Source: Carcharhinus longimanus (taxonomy: Eukaryota). Taken from it: a stretch of 64,000 nt of DNA. The stretch is taken from the NCBI GenBank assembly GCA_030264375.1, contig JASCQW010000032.1, positions 59,874,691 through 59,938,690 of the forward strand, read 5' to 3'. Position 1 is the stretch's first letter. The number at the start of each line of letters is the position of its first letter. The notes under the pieces are model-generated. The model did not search any database. It saw only the letters and a program-made list of their open reading frames with translations, and was not told where the DNA came from. The translations under genes and the position numbers were made by a program. This document shows, piece after piece, positions 1-12,660 of this stretch.

Positions 1-260
1 ACTACTCTGCTAGCCTCTGAACTGAAGCCCTACTTCCCAATTACTCTCCAAACCCTCCAAGAACCGCCCAACTACTTGCACCCTGACTTTGCTCCCAACT
101 GCGCCCCCCTCCATGACTACCCTCCCACACTGGTGGTTATCCACCTGACTATCCCCATCCCTGACTACTCTTTCAACCCCCGACTGCCCCATTTCCGTGA
201 CTATCCCTCTGACAAGCCTCTGATGCATCCAACCCCAACTCATCCTACCCCTTCATTATC
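1..260. repeat. C-rich low-complexity sequence that resumes at ~2265-2430 after the CR1 insertion
   Basis: CCC/ACT-rich degenerate units on both sides of the LINE. Confidence 0.5.
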
Positions 261-846
261 ATGAAAGAGGTAATGTTGGGCAAGCTAATGGGGCTAAAAG
301 TAGACAAGTTTTCTGGTCCTGATGGAATGCATCCCAGGGTACTAAAAGAAATGGCAGGGGAAATAGCAAATGCACTAGTGGTAATTTACCAAAATTCGCT
401 ACACTCTGGGGTAGTTCCTGCAGATTAGAAAACAGCAAATGTGACGCCATTGTTTAAAAAAGAAGGTAGACAAAAGGCAGGTAACTATAGGCTGGCTAGC
501 TTAACTTCTGTAGTAGGGAAAATGCTTGAATCTATCATCAAATCGCGAGACATCTGTATATAAATTGTCCCAATGGTAAGACTCAGCATGGGTTCATAAA
601 GGGCAGGTCATGTTTGAATAATTTGGTGGAATTCTTTGAGAACATTACATGTGCAGTGGACAGTGGGGAACCTGTGGATGTGGTGTATCTGGATTNNNNN
701 NNNNNNNNNNNNNNNNNNNNNNNNNNNNNNNNNNNNNNNNNNNNNNNNNNNNNNNNNNNNNNNNNNNNNNNNNNNNNNNNNNNNNNNNNNNNNNNGTTAA
801 TGGTAGAGCACTGGGGAGAGGTACAGAACAAAGAGACCTAGGGGTA
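261..846 (+). mobile_element. CR1-like LINE ORF2 fragment (decayed, spans N-gap)
   Basis: Translates to GPDGMHPRVLKEMA...ANVTPLFKKEGRQKAGNYRLASLTSVVGKMLE and NLVEFFENITCAVDSGEPVDVVYLD, typical CR1 ORF2 motifs; contains stops. Confidence 0.9.
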
Positions 847-849
847 TGC

Positions 850-1003
850 TAACATTGCCTCTTAATGTCTTGCGATGCGTAGGTTTGAGGGATTAGCAGG
901 TAAATATGGATATGGGGGTAGGGCCCGAATGGGATTGTGGTTGGTGCAGACTCGATGGGCCAAATGGGTCTCTTTCTGCACTGTAGGGTTTCTATGGTTC
1001 TAT
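850..1003 (+). mobile_element. HE1/V-SINE-like SINE, 3' part
   Basis: Tail GGTGCAGACTCGATGGGCCAAATGG...TTCTGCACTGTAGGGTTTCTATG is shared with the SINEs at 47795 and 54562. Confidence 0.75.
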
Positions 1004-2262
1004 CATCAAGGAAATAGCGAGACATCTGGATAGAAATTGTCCCATTAAGAAGACGCAGCATGAGTTCTGCCTCATGAAAGCAGGTCATGTTTACTTGATT
1101 TAGTGGAATCCTTTAAGGACGTTATGAGCGTAGATAACGGGGAACCGGTGGATGTGGTGATTTGGATTTCCAGAAGGCATTTAACCAGGTGCCACACAAA
1201 AGGCTGCTGTATAAGATGAAGATGCATAGTGCCACGAGTAATATATTAGCATGCATAGAGGATTGGTTAACTAATGAAAAGCAAAGAGTTGGAGTAAATG
1301 GGTGTTTTTCTGGTTGGCGATCACTGACTAGTGGTGTGCCTCAGGGATCAGTGTTGGACCCGCAATTGTTTACAATTTACACAGATGATTTGGAGTTGGG
1401 GACCAAGTGTAGCATGTCAAAGTTTGAAGATGGCACTAAGATGAATGGTAAAGCAAAGTGTGCAGAGGAATAATTTGGTAGGAATGACAACAAAATGGAC
1501 TATTATTTAAATGGTAAAAAATTGCAGCATGCTGCTATGCAGAGAGACCTGGGTGTCCTTGTGCATGAAATTGGTTTGCAGGTGCAGCAGGTAATTAAGA
1601 AGGCAAATGGAATTTTGTCCTTCATTGCTGGAGGGATGAAGTTTAAAAACAGCGAGGTTATGTTGCAACTGTATAACGTGTTGATGAGGCCACACCTGGA
1701 ATACTGTGTACAGTTTTGGTCTCCTTACTTGAGAAAGGGTATACTGGCACTGGAGGGGGTGCAGAAGCATTCACTAGATTGATTCTGGAGTTGAGAGGGT
1801 TGGCTTATGGGGCAAGACTGAGTAGATTGGGGCTATACTCATTGGAATTCAGAAGAATGAGGGGAGATCCTATAGAAACATATAAGGTTATGAAGGGAAT
1901 AGATAAATTAGAAGCAGGAAGTTATATCCACTGGTGGGTGAAAGTAGAACTAGGGGGCATAGCCTCAAAATAAGGGGGAGCAGCTTGAGGACTGAGTTGA
2001 GGAGGAACTTCTTCAAGCCAAGGGTTATGAATCTGTGGAATTCCCTGCCCAGTGAAGCAGTTGAGGCTATCTCATTGAGTGTTTTTAAAGCAAGAATAGA
2101 TAAATTTTTGAACAGTAAAATAATTAAGGGTTATGGCAAATGGGCTAGAAAGTGGAGCTGAGTCCAGAAAATGATCAGTCATGATCTTATTGAATGGCGG
2201 AGCAGGCTCAAGGGGCCAGGTGGCCTACTCCTGCTCCTAGTTCTTGTATTCTTATGTTCTTA
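1004..2262 (+). mobile_element. CR1-like LINE, RT C-terminal half plus 3' UTR (decayed)
   Basis: DFQKAFNQVPHKRLL, SGVPQGSVLDPQLFTIYTDDL, KFEDGTK (degenerate FADDTK), RPHLEYCVQFWSP, RTRGHSLKI; ends in TTCTTATG-type tandem tail; frameshifts. Confidence 0.95.
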
Positions 2263-3419
2263 TATTCCCATTACTACCGAACTATCCCAATCCCCAATCC
2301 ATCCTAGCCTGACCCATCATACCACCAATCCAACCTAAACCCTTTCACCATCCATTTTACAACCCTATCCAACTATCCTCCCACCAAATCCGATCCTACC
2401 TACCAACCTATATATTCACCTTCTCCCTGGCTTCTCAAAGTGGCAGAGAGCCTTTAAACTTATCTGCTTTACAGCAGCCTATGCTGTAAAAAGGGGATAT
2501 GTCTTCACTTGCCCTAATGCTGGTGCACTAGGAGGAGAGGATTCCTGAACAGCTGCACTGCACCTTTCTCATCTGGCTTGAGTTTGAAGCTCGAACAAGA
2601 AATGTGTAGCTCCTTTCCAGTGAAAGTATAAAAGAGTGGGGTGGTCATCCAACTGTGACTGCCACTCCTCAGAAGCTCTGGATCATTGTTTCACCAATCC
2701 TTTTCTGAGCTTGTTCTGTTTTTGTCAAACAGAGGAATGTAACATGGTGGCAGCATAGTCTTGAAGATTTGAAAGAGAAATGTACAAGTTTCAAACCCTC
2801 CCATGCAGCAGAAGGAAAGATTTGATGTGAAAGTGAAAGAACTATCTTGTTTTATCATGTGTAAGTGATTATGTTGCTCTGTCAGAATCATACATGCTGT
2901 ACCTTTGTTCTGGGATCATACTTTGTTCCAGGCAGCAGGCACAGGTCTTAGTAAGATGGTTCGCATTTGTGAGAGCTTAATCTATTTAAGGCTGCCTCTT
3001 GACAGCTGCCTCTGGAAAGTCTATTCACAGAATTCACAGACAAGAAAGACCCCATTTGCTTATTTTCCACATAGGTAGTGTGGGGAAATTGAAATACTGC
3101 AGCCTGGTCTGGAAAAGAAATTCCATTCAGAAGAAACCTGTAAATGAGCTGTTTTCACTGTTTAACTTTAAAGAAGTCTGCAGTTTAAATCATGCCTAAA
3201 ACCCTGTCTTGTGGGTGGAGCTTAGAGTTATCCTGGGAACAACCAGAAAGCATTCATCAGTGCCACCCTTGCAGTCAAGCTGTAACCTATAAATAGCTAA
3301 GGCAGTGGTCACTAAAGGTACTGCAACTCAAAGCTAAATTAATTCAAGAAGAGCTATGAAACAGATGTCATCTGCTCCAGATAGCATTAAAAATATCCTG
3401 CAGAAAGCTAAAAGATCAG

Positions 3420-4080
3420 CACAAGATTTTCCAACACTCAGCTGGATGGCAGCAAACCTCCTAACTGAATTTACTTTGTTCTGAAATCAATATGTAGAGC
3501 TGTGTTTTCTGGACCTCAATATTTCCAAATCTGACAAATTAGCCATTAGAATGAAAATTGCTGTGGTAAATGAGGTCTCTTGCGACCAAGCATAGCAGAT
3601 CTATCTGATGACCATCGTAAAATTCATTACAAAATATAGCCAACACTTGAAGATCAATCATGAATGAAGCTCAACTTCCAAATATGCCACCTGAAATTCA
3701 TGTCTTTCAGAAAACAAGCATTGATCAATTCATAAGTCAATGCAGAGACAAGGCATGTGACTGTGACTTGTGGAGCTCGCCAACAAAACAACTGAGCTCA
3801 TGATGGCATCTGCTCCAATGCAAGTGTTCCAAAAAGACCTCATTGGCCAAGCCAAAGGTTACAGTCTGCAAACATTACTGCAAGGAATATGCAAATATGA
3901 AGCCATCCTATTGGGTGGATGAAGCCTACAGACTATGCATAATCTGTCCACCATTGGTATGATAACCAATGCAGGCAGTGGCTATACGCACTGCCTATTT
4001 GCATTCACTGTATGCAAAGCACCTAGCTCCAGAGCACACTGGAAGTGCCAATGCAGAAAGCAAAAGTTGGAACAAGTAGT
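3420..4080 (+). mobile_element. Decayed Gypsy-like LTR retrotransposon gag
   Basis: Frameshifted translation gives FPTLSWMAANLLTEF..., SIDQFISQCRDKACDCD, ELMMASAPMQVFQKDL...KYEAIL, and a degenerate zinc knuckle (CKAPSSRAHWKCQC). Confidence 0.6.
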
Positions 4081-4411
4081 TTGACATCGTGACAAGCCAG
4101 AACTATAAACTAGACATGTACAGAATTCCAACAACCAAGATAACGTACCAAACAGTCTTAAGGTGAGATGCAAAAAGTGTTGAACTATTCTAATATTGCC
4201 ACAAAAACTCGCCCCAGTCATGTCAGATATTTTATATTATGAGCAATATGGGTCTAGTGATCACAGGTCTACTGATATGAAGGGACCGGCCTTTGGTCAT
4301 CATTCATGTCAGTATCCCTCCGGATCTTAAAGGTTTTGATCAAGCCATCTCTTACTTTTTTAAAACACCAACAGATGCAAGCCTACCTTTCCTCATAAGA
4401 CAACCCATTCA

Positions 4412-6060
4412 TTATAAGAACATAAGAAATAGGAGCAGGAGTAGGCCATCTGGCCCTTCGAGCCTGCCCCGCCATTCAATNNNNNNNNNNNNNNNNNNNN
4501 NNNNNNNNNNNNNNNNNNNNNNNNNNNNNNNNNNNNNNNNNNNNNNNNNNNNNNNNNNNNNNNNNNNNNNNNNNNNNNNNNNNNNNNNNNNNNNNNNNNN
4601 NNNNNNNNNNNNNNNNNNNNNNNNNNNNNNNNNNNNNNNNNNNNNNNNNNNNNNNNNNNNNNNNNNNNNNNNNNNNNNNNNNNNNNNNNNNNNNNNNNNN
4701 NNNNNNNNNNNNNNNNNNNNNNNNNNNNNNNNNNNNNNNNNNNNNNNNNNNNNNNNNNNNNNNNNNNNNNNNNNNNNNNNNNNNNNNNNNNNNNNNNNNN
4801 NNNNNNNNNNNNNNNNNNNNNNNNNNNNNNNNNNNNNNNNNNNNNNNNNNNNNNNNNNNNNNNNNNNNNNNNNNNNNNNNNNNNNNNNNNNNNNNNNNNN
4901 NNNNNNNNNNNNNNNNNNNNNNNNNNNNNNNNNNNNNNNNNNNNNNNNNNNNNNNNNNNNNNNNNNNNNNNNNNNNNNNNNNNNNNNNNNNNNNNNNNNN
5001 NNNNNNNNNNNNNNNNNNNNNNNNNNNNNNNNNNNNNNNNNNNNNNNNNNNNNNNNNNNNNNNNNNNNNNNNNNNNNNNNNNNNNNNNNNNNNNNNNNNN
5101 NNNNNNNNNNNNNNNNNNNNNNNNNNNNNNNNNNNNNNNNNNNNNNNNNNNNNNNNNNNNNNNNNNNNNNNNNNNNNNNNNNNNNNNNNNNNNNNNNNNN
5201 NNNNNNNNNNNNNNNNNNNNNNNNNNNNNNNNNNNNNNNNNNNNNNNNNNNNNNNNNNNNNNNNNNNNNNNNNNNNNNNNNNNNNNNNNNNNNNNNNNNN
5301 NNNNNNNNNNNNNNNNNNNNNNNNNCTAAAACGCCCCCCCTTTATCTTGAGGCTGTGCCCCCTAGTCCTACTGTCTTTTTTGAGCGGGAAGAGTCTCTCC
5401 ACATCAGTCTAGTAAATCTCTGAACTCTTTAACACATTACATCTTCCTTAGATAAGCAGACCTACACAGAATACTCCACATATAGTTTCACCAATGCCCT
5501 GTCCAACTGAAGTTTAACCTCCCTACTTTTGTAATCAATTCCCCTCACAATAAATGATAACATTCTATTAGCTCTCCTAATGACTTGCTGTGCCTATATA
5601 CCAGCATTTTGTAATTCATGCACAAGGACACCCAGATCCCTCTGCACCTCAGAGCTCTGTAACTCTATACCATTTAGATAATACACTTCTTTTTTATTCT
5701 TCTTGCCAAAATGGACAATTTCACATTTACCCACATTTATACTCTATTTATCAGATTTTGCCCACTCATTTAACATATCTCTATTCTTTTGTCACCTTCT
5801 TATGTCCTCTTCCCAATTTACTTTCCCACCTATGTTTGTGTTGTCAGCAAATTTAGCAGCCATTCTTTCTGTTTCTTATCCAAGTTATTTATAAAGATTG
5901 TAAACAGTTGAGGCCCTAGCACTGACGCTTGTGGCACACGAATCATTGCATCCTGCCAAACAAAAAAAATCCATTTATGCCAACTCGCTATTTCCTGTTA
6001 GCTAGCCAATCTTCAATCCATGCTAATATGTTACCCACTGATTCCATTCACTTCAATTTT
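4412..6060 (-). mobile_element. CR1-like LINE 3' end (spans large N-gap; possibly more than one copy)
   Basis: 4414-4480 is the reverse complement of the CR1 3' tail (ATAAGAACATAAGAAATAGGAGCAGGAGTAGGCCAT); minus-strand ORF2 peptide RTRGHSLKIKGGRF at 5327-5402. Confidence 0.85.
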
Positions 6061-6586
6061 GCTTGGACTCCTAGATGTCACATTTAGTCAAATGTTGTCT
6101 TGATGTCAAGGGCAGTCACTCTCAGGTCACTTCTGGAATTCAGCTCATTTGTTTACGTTTGGACCAAGGGTAAGAAGAAGTCTGGAGATAAATGGCCCTT
6201 GCAGAATGTGAAACTGACTATTGGTGATTAAATGCCACATGACAGCATAGTGCTTCCACTACTTTGCTGATGGAGTATGAATTGAATGGATTGAATTTTA
6301 GTGAACAGCACACACCTGGCCAATTTCCCATGTTGTCAGGTAGTTAGCTGTCTGTGCTGTAGCTTGGCTAGGGGAGTAACTAGTTCTGGAGCACAAGTTT
6401 CAGCACTATAATGGCAGATCCACAATCCTTCCCATGTCCAGTATACAGGACTATTTTTGATATTACGTGGAGTGCATCAAATTGGCTGAAGGCAGGTATC
6501 TGTAAAGGTGGTAATGTCAGGAAGAGGCCAAGGTATATCAGTTACTTGGCATTTCAGGCTGAAGGTAGTTGTAAATCCTTCAGTCT
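6060..6586 (-). mobile_element. Decayed LINE ORF2 fragment (CR1/L2 group)
   Basis: GATGTCAAGGGCAGTCACTCTC...GGAATTCAGCTC...TTTGGACCAAGG resembles a common elasmobranch LINE (recalled). Confidence 0.55.
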
Positions 6587-7039
6587 NNNNNNNNNNNNNN
6601 NNNNNNNNNNNNNNNNNNNNNNNNNNNNNNNNNNNNNNNNNNNNNNNNNNNNNNNNNNNNNNNNNNNNNNNNNNNNNNNNNNNNNNNNNNNNNNNNNNNN
6701 NNNNNNNNNNNNNNNNNNATCTGGATGTGGATTCATTTAGCCCTGCCCATGTTACACAGATTCCACATGTAGTCCTGTTGTAACTTCACCATGTTGGCAT
6801 TCCATTTTTTTTGTATGTCTGATGTTGCTCCTTGCATGTTTTTTTTCATCTTCATTGATGGAAATGGCACAGACGGATTGGCTGTAGTGAATTGTAATCC
6901 CATGTCCCTGGAACGACTCAAGTAAATCAATTCCATACACTCTCCAAATTCTTCACATCCTTTTAAAAGTGTAGTGCCCAGAATTGGACACAATACTCCA
7001 TTTGACATTAAATGGAAGATTCTGACCATCTACTTTCAC

Positions 7040-7660
7040 CTCTGTATAATTGCCCAACTCCACTGCCCTTGCCTCAGCACTTCTGCTGCTGAAACCTTCA
7101 CCCATGCCTTCTCTACCTGTAGATGTGACGGTTCCAAATTTGACTACTTCTTGTCAGCCTCCCACATTCTGTAAACTTAAGGTCATCCAAAATTTTGCTA
7201 CACATTCTAACTTGCATGACATCCTGTTCACTCATCAGCTCTTTGTCCACTAATCTATATCAGCTCCCAGTTAAACAACACCTTGATATTAAATTTATTT
7301 TCCTTGTTTTCAAATTCATCTATGATCTTAACCCTTCCTACCTCTGTAATCCCCTCAAGCTCTCCAATGCTCAGTGATAATTGCTGTCCTCCAATTCTGG
7401 TCTCTTTAGCATCCCCAATTTTCATCACTCCAACAATAGCATTGTACTTTTAACTGCCAAGACCCTAAACTCTGATAAACCTTTCTGCATCTAAACCTCT
7501 CTTGTTATCTTCAGGACGCTCCTTGAAACTTAACTCTTTGATTAATTTATCCTGAAATCTCTTTACTTGTTTCAGTGCCAGATCTCAGGTGAAAATGTTC
7601 CTTTGAAATGCCTTGGAAAATGTTATAATGCGAAAGACATGATATGAATTTGTTGGTTTT
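7040..7660 (+). mobile_element. L2-like LINE 3' end
   Basis: Peptides SAAETFTHAFSTCR, KLKVIQNFA and LPVKQHLDIKFIFLVFKFIYDLNPSYL match L2 ORF2 C-terminus; L2-type tail near 7597-7660. Confidence 0.75.
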
Positions 7661-7699
7661 TATTGCTGCTCCTGGTGGTTGTTGTAACAATAGGTGTGG

Positions 7700-9628
7700 T
7701 AGCCATAATTCTTCATGACTTTCATTTTCTATGCCTTTATTTATAAGACTCAGGGTCTCATTTGCTCTACTTTCAATGATTTGTGTACAAACATACTCAG
7801 GTCTCTCTCTTCTTGCAGCCCCTTTCAAATTGGATTGTTTGGCGTGCACTGTCTTTCCTTTATCTGCTTATCAAAATTTATCACCTCACATTTTAGTGTG
7901 TTGAATTTCAACCTCCAGGTGCCGCACATTCCACCAGCCTGTCTAAGCGTTCTTGAAGAGCGCAGGATTTTCCAGGCCCGCTCACCCGTGTGATTGGAAA
8001 TTCCAGCCCAAAGTCAATGGATGTTCTGCCAGTCTGTCAAATTTTCTGTCCCAACCGCAATGATTCCCACAACAGGTGGGATCGAAAAATCCCATCCTGT
8101 AAATATCTTCCTCACCGTTTACTACATTTTCAGGCTTTGTATCATTTGCAAATTTCAAAATAATGCCCAAAGGCATAGAATGATTATGGCACAGAAGGAA
8201 GCCATTCAGCCTGTCATGTCTGTGCCAGATCCTTGTGAGAACAACTAACATTGTCTCATTTCCCTGCCTTTTCCCTTTAGCTCTGCAAATGTCCTTCTTC
8301 AGAGAATGTCCAGTATCTTTTTGAAAGCCATGATTGGATCTGGCTTCACTGTGCTGTCAGGCAGCGCATTTCAAATTCTAACCATTCACAGCAATAAAGG
8401 GTTTTTCCTCATGTTCTCATTGCTCCTTTTGCCAACCATCTTAAATCAGTGAATTCTGGCTTGTGACCACCCCCCCGCCCCCCCACCGCTTCCATGATTC
8501 TGTCCAGACCTCTCACAACTTTAAACACCTATATCAAATCTGCTTTTAATATTCTCCTCCATGGAAAACAGCCCCAGTGTCTCCAATTGATCCACTGAAA
8601 GTCTGCATGCCTGGAATCTCTCCGCTTATATACACTTTCCTCTAATTCAAAAAGTAACCATTCAGTGCTACTCTTGATTTTTCATTAATCAGTCAGCTTC
8701 ACAACAGTGCTGTTGTTGTCTTTTTTAATTGCATGGGCACTAATCTTGCTAATAAGCCTGTTGTATAGGACTTTATCAAAACATCCATTGGACATTCATG
8801 CACACCACATCAACGACTTTGGCGTCAACAACCCTTTCTGTTGCCTGATCAAATATTCAAGCAAGTTAGTCAAACCCTATTTGACATTAACAAATCCATG
8901 CTGGCTTTTCTTAATTAATCCAACTTTGTGCAAGTGACTGGGAGTGTTGTGCTGAATTATAATTTCTAAAAGCTTTCCCATCACTGAGATTAAACTGACC
9001 AGCACGTAATTGGTGGGCTTATCCTTAAACCTTTTTGTTTAACAATTGTGTAACAATGACAATTCTCCAGTCCTCTGGCACTACTCCTGTAACTAAGGAG
9101 GATTGAAAAAGTATAACTAATGTTGTTGCAGTTCCAACACTAAATGCACTCTTATGAATCTCATCTTGTCCTGGTGACTTAACAACTTGAAATAAAGCCA
9201 GCCTTTCTAATACTTCCCCTTTATCAATCTTCAGCCCATTCACTATATTAACTACATTTTCTTTCCTTATGGCTTGGGTGACATCTTCTCCCGTGGTAAA
9301 CACAGATGCAAAGTATCCATTTAGTACCTCAGCCATAACCCTGCCTCCATTTATAAATGCTCTTTCAGGAGCCTAATCAGGCATTTGCTGTTCAGATACC
9401 AATATAAGATTATCATCCCTTTTATGTTACCTGCCAGTCTCTAGTCATTTTGTCTCTTTACTTCTCATATTTTTTTCACTTTGCCTCTGTACTTTCTACA
9501 TTCAGGTACTATTCACTTGACATATTCACCCTTTATCAGCTTTAGTTTAACTCTCTATTACTTTAGACACCCAGTTAGCTCTGAATTTATTTGCCCTACC
9601 TAACTGTCTCATAGGAATGTACCTTAGC
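7700..9628 (-). mobile_element. Nested decayed CR1-like LINE fragments
   Basis: Minus ORF 9025-9336 AEVLNGYFASVFT...KSPGQDEIH...VVPEDWR; KFANDTK near 8150; separate CR1 3' tail starting ~8165. Confidence 0.85.
7958..8098. mobile_element. Short MITE-like insertion in CR1
   Basis: Imperfect terminal inverted repeats (GGATTTTCC...GAAAAATCC) interrupt otherwise colinear CR1 sequence. Confidence 0.5.
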
Positions 9629-10355
9629 TGTAACAGAATCCCAATAACATTAAAGTTTAACGTTTACTTAGGAAGCCAGACTAGACCCCAATAATTTTTC
9701 TATTCTTGCATAAATGTGCAGATAGGATGCTTCATTCTTGGAATAATTCCACTGACAAGTTAGAAATATTTTATAGTAAAACAAACTTCATTTAATAACA
9801 CAGTTCAACTATAACTCTAACAAATGAAGCAGCTTAATTATTATCTGTTTGAACAATATTTAAACATGAAAACAAACAAGTCTAATTTCCAACTTACCAC
9901 GGTTTCCGTTCCAAATAAGCAACATTCGTCTTACAGACTCAAAAACCACTATAAACACAGTTAGCAACCATAACTATACTTGCTATAAGGGTTTTAGTCA
10001 AGACTGTAGAAAAAGCACTTGCTCTCTTTAAACCAATCCCAGTCAGAACTCAAAAGTTGTTCTCTCTGCTACATAACTAGCCCCTCCCATTAATCATATT
10101 ATCACATGATGCTGCTAAGCTCAACTCATCTTCCATTCCTTTAATCAAAAGCCCCAGGGGACTTTTTTTTGTAAACAGAAGTCCATTAGCTCTCTCTTAA
10201 GTAAACACTACATAGCTAAAATGAGTATTTTACATGTCTCTGGGCATCTGTACTGTATCCTCCCAGAAATACCAACTGCCTGTAACAAAAAAATGAACTT
10301 TAAAGCAGTTCCCTTAAACTAAAAACTTATATAGCAATAGCACACTATCATAATA
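9629..10355. mobile_element. Probable solo LTR inserted in CR1
   Basis: CR1 breaks at GGAATGTACCTTAGC and resumes at AAACATTGTCCTCTTTAAA; insert starts TGTAAC and ends TCATAATA (degenerate CA end); no clear TSD. Confidence 0.45.
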
Positions 10356-11519
10356 TCAAACATTGTCCTCTTTAAATATAGCCCATTGTTCCATTACAAT
10401 TTCTTGTGCCAATCTTTAATATTTATAAAAACAGCAGTGATTTGCAGCACTCTACCCTGGGGAGCTCCACTGCATACCTCTCCAGTCTGAAAAACTATGC
10501 TTTTATAACAAAAATATTTTATTGATACATCACATTATAATTACCATAGTAGTATGCAAACAAATTCAGAAATCAGAAGACGGTTGATAGAAATCTAATA
10601 ATTTTACAGATTCTTCAGAATCCCTGTAGTTAACTTAAGGACAGGGTCCCCATTTGAGAACCTATGCTTTAATCCTAAGAACAGTAAATATGGAGATGCA
10701 GTCATCTGGTCAATGCAATTTCCTTTCTATATTACATTCTCGCTTATGTTGGTATATACTATATCATTGGCATAACCCTCCTTTTTTATGTTTAATAACT
10801 TGCTTTCTATATTTGTGCCATATTTTTGTCAGTATGTCTGCTTTGTAGAGATCTTTAGTTATGCATTCTATCCATGCTTTTTTATCTGAATATCAGTGTT
10901 GCACCTGCGTGCTCTTTTTTAAAAAATTTAAGCGAAGTTTTTACTGGACCTCTGACAGGTCCTGGTGCTAATTCCAACTCATCGTCCCTTGTAAAGAGAG
11001 GCCTGAAATATTGTAGACCAGCAGGATAGGTTTAAGGTTGCATCAATGTTTGTATAGTAAGTGACTGAAGTACTCAGCCCCTGGGTGCAGTGTAGGCAGA
11101 ATTCATTCTTTCAGAAAGATATCGCCCTGTTTGACAATTCCCATGGATTTCGAAGTTGTCCTCCACCCACCAAAAATACGCTTCCATCAAAAATTGCCAA
11201 CACCCTGCCAGTAAATTAAGGTTTGTTTGCCTCTCATTAGTTCATTCCCACAATACTGGATTCATGAACATTTTAGCATTTCGACCGGTTCATTAATTGC
11301 TTGTGTATTATTAAAGGATAAATGTTGCAGATATGCACTCATCAGCAGCACTTTTTCCACTGTCCATAGGAAGAAACTTGGAGTTCTGCAGCAGATTTCG
11401 TGATCTCAATACCTCCCAGAGCAATGCATAGCCTCTGAAGGACATTTGAAGTCTAGTCAGTATTGTAATGTTAGACAGAGCTGCAGACGCCAGCAGGAAG
11501 GGCAATGGAAACGAATGTA

Positions 11520-11712
11520 CTAGTGCTGTTGGTTGAGGAATACATTTTGGCCTGGCCACCTTCTCTCAATTTGATGTTTCAGATTTACCATAGAATCTCT
11601 TCCATTCACCTGAGAGGGCGGGGAGGATTTCACTTGAAACTCGGGGAGTGCAGCACTCAAGACTGTGGAGTTGACTGGAACTAAACTCCTTTGTCTCAGA
11701 CTGAGCTGAGGG
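11520..11712 (-). mobile_element. DeuSINE-like (SacSINE1-type) fragment
   Basis: GTTGGTTGAGGAATACATTTTGGCC...CACCTGAGAGGGC...GTGCAGCACTC resembles the recalled Deu-domain SINE on the minus strand; similar to 51030-51150. Confidence 0.6.
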
Positions 11713-12605
11713 CCAAAGCGGACACTAAATTGCATTGCCAGAAATTACACCTGTTAGAGCTGCCCGTTCCTGTAATTTCAATAACGATCTTTCATTGTGC
11801 TTTCAATTTGCATAAACTATTCCATATTTTGCTGCAAGATGAATTTGACACTGTGGAGGTCAGGCGACTCTTAAAATGTGCACGATATTAAGAGGTTGTT
11901 GACGGAAATTATAGAGAGACGCCGGAGACCAAATAAAAGCACCGTTATCGAGAATGCAGACTCAGTTACAGCTTTGAAAAAGTGGCATACGGAAGTGTGA
12001 CCTGGGAGGGGGAACATATCTGGTAAATAATGTTATTACTGCAAAACGACGCCTTAATCACTGAGTGTCCAGTTGTATATTCATGGCGTCCGATGAGTCG
12101 TTCAGTCCCACTATATTCATAATAAATCAGAGCGCTGGTTGCACATAATTCAATCGCAAATGGGTCGACTTAGCATATATGTATGAAATAACTCAGCAAC
12201 AAGAGTGTAGGCTCTTTATAGTGTGCTGTGACTTGCTGCAAAACTGCAGAACGCGGACAACCTGGAAGCAACTCGACAGCGAACAATTTGCACTGCTTCA
12301 AACAAACCCCAGCGACTTCGGTAACCATTTATATCCCCCGTTCATCTTCAATCTGCAAGAATGTGAAATTGAGCCTTCTTTCGTTTGATATGCGGGATCC
12401 CGCATTGTCATCCGAAAGGCAGGAGCCGCCACCTTATTTTATACTCCGTAATTTTCTAAAGAATAAACCATGGGATGGCAGAGTGAATACGTTAAGATAG
12501 TTACAGTACCTAGGGATAGATTCGGAGGCCAAATGAAGTAAATAATTTCGGCATCCTGTCATCTCGACCAGCGTATTCATCAAATTACTAAATGAAAAAG
12601 AACAC

Positions 12606-12660
12606 TTTTCACAGTAACTTCATTATAGTGTTAATGTAAGCCTACTTGTGACACTAATAA
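12606..12660 (+). repeat. Isolated SINE/LINE 3' tail
   Basis: GTAAGCCTACTTGTGACACTAATAA is the reverse complement of the SINE tail at ~61822-61846. Confidence 0.7.

Noticed and set aside
531-1168. Apparent diverged duplication of a CR1 segment (531-695 versus ~999-1168)
   Set aside because: It flanks a 100-N gap in a high-copy repeat, so misassembly or nested CR1 copies is more likely than a meaningful duplication
4293-5423. Long ORFs of 376 aa and 308 aa
   Set aside because: Almost entirely N-gap; the flanks are CR1 sequence
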